Shown one piece after another: positions 57,088 to 64,000 of a DNA stretch of 64,000 nucleotides. The notes below the pieces were generated by a model. It searched no databases. It was not told the origin of the DNA and saw only the letters and a program-made list of their open reading frames with translations. The DNA is from Parvularia atlantis (Eukaryota): positions 1-64,000 of the forward strand of contig CALSCO010001326.1 of the NCBI GenBank assembly GCA_943704415.1, in the 5' to 3' direction. Within the stretch, counting starts at the first letter, position 1. Each line of letters starts with the position of its first letter. The position numbers and the translations under genes are program-made.

Positions 57088-59774
57088 TCACGCAAAGTAC
57101 GCCTCGGCCTTGCGCACGAGGTCGTCCTTCTTGTCGGTCGAGGCGGCCTTGACGCCGACGCCCTGCGGCGCGGCGCACACGCGATGATGAGCACGAGCGA
57201 GCGCGCTTGGAACGCCGCGCACCTTGAGAAAGTCCTTGAGCTCGGCGATCGTCAGCTTGCCCACCGAGCCGTTCGCGACCATCTGCTTCACGTCGTCCTC
57301 CGTCACGGGCGCCTTGACCTTCTTCGCCCGCCCGCCCGCGCTCGCCGCGCCGTCCTCGCCGTCCGCGCTCGCGGCCGCCTTGCGCTTGCCTGTGCGAGCG
57401 CGCACATCTGTCTCAGCCGGCAGCAGCCCAACGCAACGCAGCGCAAACGCACTCGCTGCGGTCGTGCGCGACGCCGCGGTCCCGCGCACCTCGGGCGTCC
57501 ACCCGTCGGGGAAGGCGCCCTGCAGGAACGCGTCGATGGCCGGCCCCGCGCGCGCCTGCATGCTATCGATCTGCGGCATCGTCGCGTCGGCGATCTCCTC
57601 CGGCACGTCCTGGTTGAGCGCGATCAGCTGCAGCGTCTGGTAGTGCCGTTGCAGGGCTGTGCGCCGCGTGAGCCGGCGACACCACAGCCGCACTCTCGCG
57701 CGACGCACTCGGGTTCTCGACCGCCACCCAGCCCTTGAGCGTCAGCTTCTTCACGATCGCCTGGAAGCGCCGCACGTCGTCGTCCTTCGCTGCGGCCGCG
57801 GTCGGTCAGACGCGGACGGTGTGCGACGGGCGCCGGGGCGCACCCTTGTTGACGGGCTCGTGCGCGAGCTTGCGGATGTCGTCGTTGAACGGCAGGTAGA
57901 CGATGTGCATCCCCGGCGGCTTCTTCTGCACGCCCGTCGCGCTCACCTCCTCGCGCTGCTCCCCCGCGCGCGCGCTCAGCGAGGCGGCGCGCACATCGCA
58001 CGCGGACGGCGCACCTGCGGGATCAGTGCGACGAAGCGCGGCAGCGTGTGGCTGCGCGCGATCAGCCGGCAGATCGCCACCTTGTCCTTGCGCAGCAGGC
58101 TCTCGATCAGCGCCGCAAACACGGTCGACGACCCGCGCACGTCCTGCCACCGCGCTCAGCCCCGCGTGGTCGCCGTGCCCAGGCGGTGCGCACGTGGTCG
58201 TTCGGGTAGATGAACGGCCCGGCCTTGAGGAAGTGCTTGCGGTGCACGGCGCTCCGCGGCTTGAAGCCCATGAGCACGAGGCCTTTGAGCGTGTCAGACC
58301 GCGCCGCACAGCACACGCGAGCACGCGCGCGCGCACCGGGCTCGCCAACCGTGCGCAGCTTGCTCAGCTCGTCCGTTTCAAACACGACCTGCCGCCCCGC
58401 GCGCGTCACACACAATGCGCACAGACGCCGCCGTTCGCCGCACCCGCTCGCCGCCGTACTCGATGTAGCTGCGCAGGTCCTTGCGGCTCACGATCTGGCC
58501 GGTCGTCTGCCGGCGCCGCGCGTCACGCACGGCCTCGCGTGCGCGCGCAGCAAGCGACCGCACGCACGCACGTTGGTGACGTACTTTGTGAGCGCCTTGA
58601 CCTCGGCGTTCTGCGCCATCGGGTCCATGTACGTGAACGCGCCCTTCTTCGCCTCGCCCACGAGGTTGAAGCTGCGCCGGCCGTGAGCGTTGCGACCCGC
58701 CAGGGCGCACGCAGCGGACGCACACGCGCACGGCGATCTCCATCTTGTTGCTGAGGAAGAACGGCAGGCGCGCCATCGTGCGCTTCTTGTACTCCTTCTT
58801 GCGCAGCTGGTCGAAGATCTGGTCGAGCTTGTCGGCGCCGGCGGGATAGTGGTCGGCCATGTCGTCCTCGTCGATCGAGAGGATTTGCTGGCAGAGGCGG
58901 TCGCGTCAAGCGCTTCTGCTGTGTGCGGTTTCGGCGGCGCGCACCGCGTAAAACTTGGCGACGTCAAACTTGTGCCCGGGCCGGTTCATCGAGAACAGCT
59001 CGATTTCAATGCCCAGCTCGGCCAGGTCCTGCGCCTTCCGCTTGGCCGTCGTCTGGTCCTGCGCGTCGCCCGCGTTCGGGTCGTCGTTGTTGGTGAAGAA
59101 GAAGATGCGCTTGCTGCCGACCTTGATGGCGCTGCGCTTTGCGGTCAGCGCGCGCGACGCGGGTGCGCGCTGCGCCGCACCACTTGGAGAAGAGCATCGA
59201 GGCCGCCCAGAGCACCTTCTCGAGCGACGGGATCTGCTGCGCGTGCCCGATCGTCTTCGCAAACACGGCCGGGTCTGCTCGCAGTCGCGCTCAGCCCGTG
59301 CGATTGGCGCGGTCGAGGGGGGCGACCCCACACCCTGCAGCTGCTCCAGCTGGCTCACGCCGGGCGCGTCGGGCACGCCGAGCTCCTGAACGACGTGTAG
59401 CCCGTCGAAGCTGTGGTCGTTCTTGGCGTTGGCCTGCGCGCGCCGAGCGCGGCGTGGGCGATGCACGGGCGATGCGCATCGGTGGCGGCACGCACGGCGC
59501 CGAAGAACATGACGCCGACAAGGTCGTCCACGCCCGCGATGATCTTGTTCTGGTACACGCGACTCGCGCCACGCAGGGCGCATCGGAGCGGGCTGTCGCC
59601 GCCGTCCACGGCCGGCTCGAGCATGTCCTCGGAGCAGTCGATGGCGAAGAGGATCGAGTCCTTGTTGAGCCAGCGCGTCTCCTCCGTGTCGTCCGCCCGG
59701 TCGTCGTCGTCCTGCTCCTCGTCCTCGCCGGCCTCGTCCTCGTCCTCGTCGCGTCCGCCCCACGACGCAGACAT
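57088..59774 (-). CDS. XRCC6: Ku70 (vWA, core and SAP domains)
   Basis: DSILFAIDCS, KRIFFFTNNDDP, LVLMGFKP, FIYPND, PPGMHIVYLPFNDDIR, ENP..LQRHY, SAP domain GKLTIAELKDFLK..KKDDLV. Confidence 0.95.
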
Positions 59775-59886
59775 GATGGGTGGCGCTACCGTCTGCAAAC
59801 TGGCTTGACGCGCCTGAGCTCGTGTTTTGGCTGCTGGTGAGGCCGCTGCAAACGGCAGCGCGTGAGCTCATGTTTTCGACGACGCC

Positions 59887-60086
59887 ATGGCCGGTGCGCG
59901 CTCAAAGAGCGACCTCTCGCTCTCGCGCTCTCTCGCGCGCTCTCGCGTCGCTCATCCCGTGCGCCGCGCAGCCGCCGCCGCCACGCCGTCCTCGTCCGAC
60001 GACGCGCTGCGCGCCATGCTGCCCGGCCCGCTCGCGCGCCGCACGCCCACGCCGGCCGCCGCGTCGCCCGCCCTCGCCGACGACGC

Positions 60087-60118
<32 letters not shown>

Positions 60119-63100
60119 GCGCCACCAGCAGGCTGCTCGACCGCAACATCCTCCGCAAGGGCGCCGACATGTTCCGTCGGGCGGGCGGCGCGGCGGGCGG
60201 CCAGAAGAAGGCCATCTCGGCCGCGTTCTCGTTCAGCACCGGCGGCGGCGAGGGCGACGCGGACGACGCCGGGAAGCTCTCGACCACGCCGTCCAGCGCC
60301 AGCGTCGCGGGCGGCGCGCGCGAGGGATCGGCCACGCCGGCCGCCGTCTCGATCGACGCGCTGCTCGGCGACGTCGACGCGATGCTCGACGACATGGGCG
60401 TCGGTGTGGTCGTGGACGACGCACTTGACGATGTCGACGGTGCGCCGCCGACGCAAGCGCATGATCGGCCGGCGAGGCTGAACACGCCGCCGCCGCCGCC
60501 GCCACAGACCGGCTCATGCAGTTCCAGGGCGACCCGCTCGTGAAGGAGGCGCTGGCCAAGGCACACGACGCCCGCACCGCGCACTGCCACTTGATCGGCT
60601 CACACGCGCCGCGCACAGGGCGTCGACCTGCGTGAGTACGGTCGCACAATCGAAAAGGAGCTGACGCAGGTCGAGCGCGAGTCGGTCGACGCCTGTGCGC
60701 CGCGTGCCCGCTCCGGCTGGACGGCGGCCGACTCTGACGCCGCTCGCGCCGCACAGACATCAACCAGGGCCCGCAGATCGCCGACCTGCACCGGCAGATC
60801 CAGGTGCGCGGTGCTACCACTGCCGCGTGCTCCGTGCGCGTGCTCACACGCGGCGTCAGGCGTGCGACCAGGTCCTCGAGACGATGGAGACGCTCCTCAC
60901 GGGCTTCCAGGAGGACCTCGGGAGCATCTCGGCCGAGATCCAGACCCTGCAGACGCAGTCGCTGTCGATGAACGTCAAGCTGCGCAATCGCAAGGTGCCG
61001 TCGCAACCGTGGCCGCCATGGCGCACCCGTGCTGCTCACGTCCTGCCCCGCAGACGCTGCAGGCGTTCCTGGGCAACTTCCTCGACGAGGTCACGATCCC
61101 GCCTGACCTCATCCGGTGCGCACGCTAGGCTCGCCGCCCTCGGCCGCTGACGCCGCCGCGCCGCAGGCACATTGTCGACGACGAGGTCAACGACACGTAC
61201 CTGCAGCACCTGGGCAACCTCAGCCGCAAGATGGCGTTCGTGAAGGAGCGCGAGGGCCGCACCATCCCCGCCGTCGACACCATCCTGCCCGAGCTCGAAC
61301 GCCTGCGCCTGAAGGCATGCGCATCGCTGGTCGCGCTGACCGCTGACGCTGCGACTGGTGCGGCAGGCCACAGAGAAGGTGCGCGAGTACGTGCTCGAGA
61401 AGGTGCGCGGCCTCAAGAAGCCCAAGACGAACCCGTCGGTGCTGCAGAAGGTGTGCTCGTTTGCTCACGGGCGTCGCGGCTGAGCAGCGGCGGCCCGCAG
61501 CAACTGATCAACTACCGCCCGTACAACGCTTTCCTGCTCGAGCACCACCCGGCGAGCGCGACCGAGATTCACGACAACTACGTGCAGATCATGAACAACT
61601 ACTACCAGCGCAGCTTTGCGCGCTACACGAGCGTCATGGCCAAGCTGCAGGTGCGCCGCGAGGGCGCAGGCGCGGCGGGCCGCTCACGTGTTGCGGTGCA
61701 GATGGCCATGGCCGAGAAGATCGACGTGCTCGGGGCGGGCGAGAGCGTGAGCAAGGGCCTCTTTGGCGGGCGCGTGTCGATGAAGGAGCGCGCCAGCGTG
61801 TTCCGCCTGGGTGAGCGCCTGTCGACGCTGAGCAACATCAACGCCGAGATCATCGTGCCGCACGTTGCCGAGTCGGGCGGGCAGGTGCGCCGCGGGAGGC
61901 TCGCACGTGCTCGTGCGCGGGCCTCCCTGACGTGCGCGCGCCTGTGAAGCGCTTCCTGTTCGAGGTCATCTTCCGCTCGATCGAGCGCATGCTCATGGAC
62001 AACGCGTCGACCGAGTACACCTTCATCATCGACTTCTTCTCCGTGCGCGGCGACAGCGCCAACGCGATCTTTCACTTGGTCTTTGAGCCGTCGCTGGCGT
62101 CGGCCGCGGTGCGTCGGCGCGGTGTCATGTGTGCGCGCGCGCGCTGCTCATGCGCGTCCGCGGCGCCACAGCAAACGACGCGCCAGTTCCTCGAGGAGTG
62201 CTTCGACGCCGTGGGCGTGCTGCTGTGCATCCGCATCAACAACGCGCACCAGCTGATCATGCAGCAGAGGCGCATCCCCTGCCTCGAGCCGCACATGAAC
62301 CAGACCAACTTGATGCTGTGGCCGCGGTGCGTCACGCGGTGTGGCTGTGCGTGTGCGAGCTGACGAGCGCTGTGCATGGCACGCTCCAGCTTCCAGCAGA
62401 TCATGGACGCGCACGTCAAGTCGCTGCGCGCCGCGACGATGCAGACGATCGGCCCGCTCGACGTGCAGGGCCACTACGTGCGTTTGCGCGCACACCAGGC
62501 ATGTGCGCATGCTGACGGCGCGCGTCGTGCAGATCACGCGCCGCTTCGCCGACCTGTTGACGTCGATTCTTGTGCTCGACGAGGGCCACAACGACCAGCC
62601 GGCGGCGATCAGGTGCCTGCGCACGCGCGTGCCGTGCCATGCTCACGGCTGACCGCCGAGCACGTGCACGTGGCAGCATGTCGCGTCTGCGCAGCGAGAT
62701 GGAGCAGCTGTTCCTCCGCTACGCGGCCGACTTCACCGACCGGCGCAACTTCCTGATCTACTTTGTGAACCAGTACGACCTCATCCTGAGCACGCTGCGG
62801 GTGCGCACGCGCGTCTGTATGCGCGCATTGCTCTTACGTCGCCGCCTGCAGGACGCGCCGTCGGCGGCCGCGGTCGAGAAGGAGGTTGAGCACTGGACGC
62901 AGCTGCTCAACAAGAGCATCAACGAGTGCGCGCGCGTGCGCGCAGGGGCGGTCAGCGGTGGCACTGACGCGCCTCGCGCAGATTCGCGGACGAGGAGCTG
63001 TCGCCCGCGTTCGGCGCGCTGATCCAGTTTGTCAAGCACAACGAGGGCCTGACGGACTTTTCCGACATCGAGATAGGCACACTCGAGAAGCTCGCTGTCA

Positions 63101-63460
63101 ACTTCTCGCTGCACTGGAAGCAAGGTGCGCGGGCGCGCGGGCGCCGCTCGTGTGGCCGCGAGCTGAAGGGCGCCGCCGCAGCCATGTCCAACATCAACAC
63201 GCGCGTGTCCAAGAGCTTTGCCAGCCAGAAGGTCGCGTCTGCGGTGATGCAGGTGCTGCTGCGGCAGCTGCTGTTCTTCTACTCCAAGTTCATCGACATC
63301 ATCGAGAAGAGGTGCGGCGTCGTGTGCAGCGTAGTGCCGTGCAGCAGCGGCTGACCGTGCGCGCAGGTTCGGCCGGAGTACCCGCCTGCCGTTCCGTGAG
63401 GAGCTCGTGGGCCTCGAGAACGTCAAGTTTGAGATCAAGCGGTTCCTGCCCAACGCATGA
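59887..63460 (+). CDS. VPS52: GARP/EARP subunit VPS52
   Basis: VKEALAK/GVDLREY, LHRQIQ/ACDQVLETME.LLTGFQEDLGSISAEIQTLQ.QS..MNVKLRNRK, LMDNASTEY, FDAVGVLLCI, LWP/RFQ, HY/ITRRFA, VNQYDLIL. Confidence 0.95.
60088..60117 (+). repeat. (CAG)10 coding polyQ in the VPS52 N-terminal extension
   Basis: Pure CAG run. Confidence 0.9.
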
Positions 63461-63513
63461 TGATGATGCATGATCGTCATGTACAGTATATCGGAGTGCG
63501 TCCAGGCGTGTTT

Positions 63514-64000
63514 TCACAGTTTGGCCGTGCCCGACGTGAGCTGCCGGTACAGCGCCTCGTCCAAGCGCACGTAGGTCTGGTCCTGCCGGCTGAACCAGTA
63601 GATGGGGTCGCGGATGCGCGTGATGTCAAAGCCGTTGGCCTTGAGCGCGATCTTGCTATGCTGGAACGTGCCGGTGACCTGCGGCCGCGGCAGCACGCGC
63701 ACAAACAGCGGCACGGCGTGCGGCAGGAGGCGGCTGGTGAGGTACTCGGCGAGCGCCTGCGCCGTGAGTGTGCGTCAGTGGCCGGCCGTGTCGTGAGAGC
63801 GCGCCGTGCGCACCCGCGGGTGCAGTGACGCGCCGTCGGGCAGCACGATCGACGACATGCACGCGAGGCCCTGGTGGCCCGGCATGGGCACGCCGTACAC
63901 GATGGCCTGCGCACGCGGCCGTGTTAGCGTAGCACAAGCACTGCGCACGCACGCACGGACCTCGAGCACGCCCGGAAAGCGCACAAGTACGTCGGCAACC
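63514..64000 (-). CDS. 3' end of a fatty-acid transport protein / very-long-chain acyl-CoA synthetase (SLC27/Fat1), partial
   Basis: AIVYGVPMPGHQGLACM, LLPHAVPLFVR, TGTFQHSK..GFD..DPIY. Ends AKL*. The gene runs off the window edge. Confidence 0.85.

Noticed and set aside
17317..59774. DNA-repair gene cluster (DNA2, AlkB, RNase H2, Ku70)
   Set aside because: A large functional category scattered among unrelated genes is compatible with chance. Only the divergent DNA2/AlkB pair was kept.

Overview
This is a very GC-rich, CpG-rich, extremely compact eukaryotic nuclear region holding about 33 protein-coding loci. It is not prokaryotic: almost every gene is split by short (~45-75 nt) spliceosomal introns with GTGCGC/GCRCG-type donors, GCTGAC/GCTCAC/CTAAC branch sites and YAG acceptors, so the ORF track gives only fragments. 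I assembled the gene models by hand-splicing. Gene content suggests a unicellular opisthokont (inference only): it mixes animal-associated genes (kaptin, TRIM-NHL) with fungal-like versions of Xrn1, Dna2, the FIST-like protein and V-ATPase subunit f. Genes in order: RPL10, KPTN, sphingosine kinase, NUDT6-like, TBC RabGAP, RPL39, VPS26, BZW/5MP, neurochondrin, an HXXEE-family remnant, an Smr protein, DNA2, AlkB, RWDD1, FIST-like, an unknown membrane protein, ATAD3, LAMTOR1, a FAS1 protein, SLC35B1, XRN1, CENP-I, a bacterial-type ketopantoate reductase, a kelch relic, a His-box desaturase-like protein, TRIM-NHL, RNASEK, a Musashi/DAZAP1-like RRM protein, RNASEH2C+RNASEH2B, RHEB, Ku70, VPS52 and the 3' end of FATP. 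The top observation is that RNase H2 subunits C and B are joined in one spliced reading frame, with a stop-containing 54-nt intron that could toggle fused versus separate products. Other notable points are same-strand genes only 8-59 nt apart, frequent GC-AG introns and co-location of several lysosomal mTORC1 regulators. All family assignments come from remembered motifs, not database searches. No rRNA, tRNA, CRISPR array or transposon was recognised.
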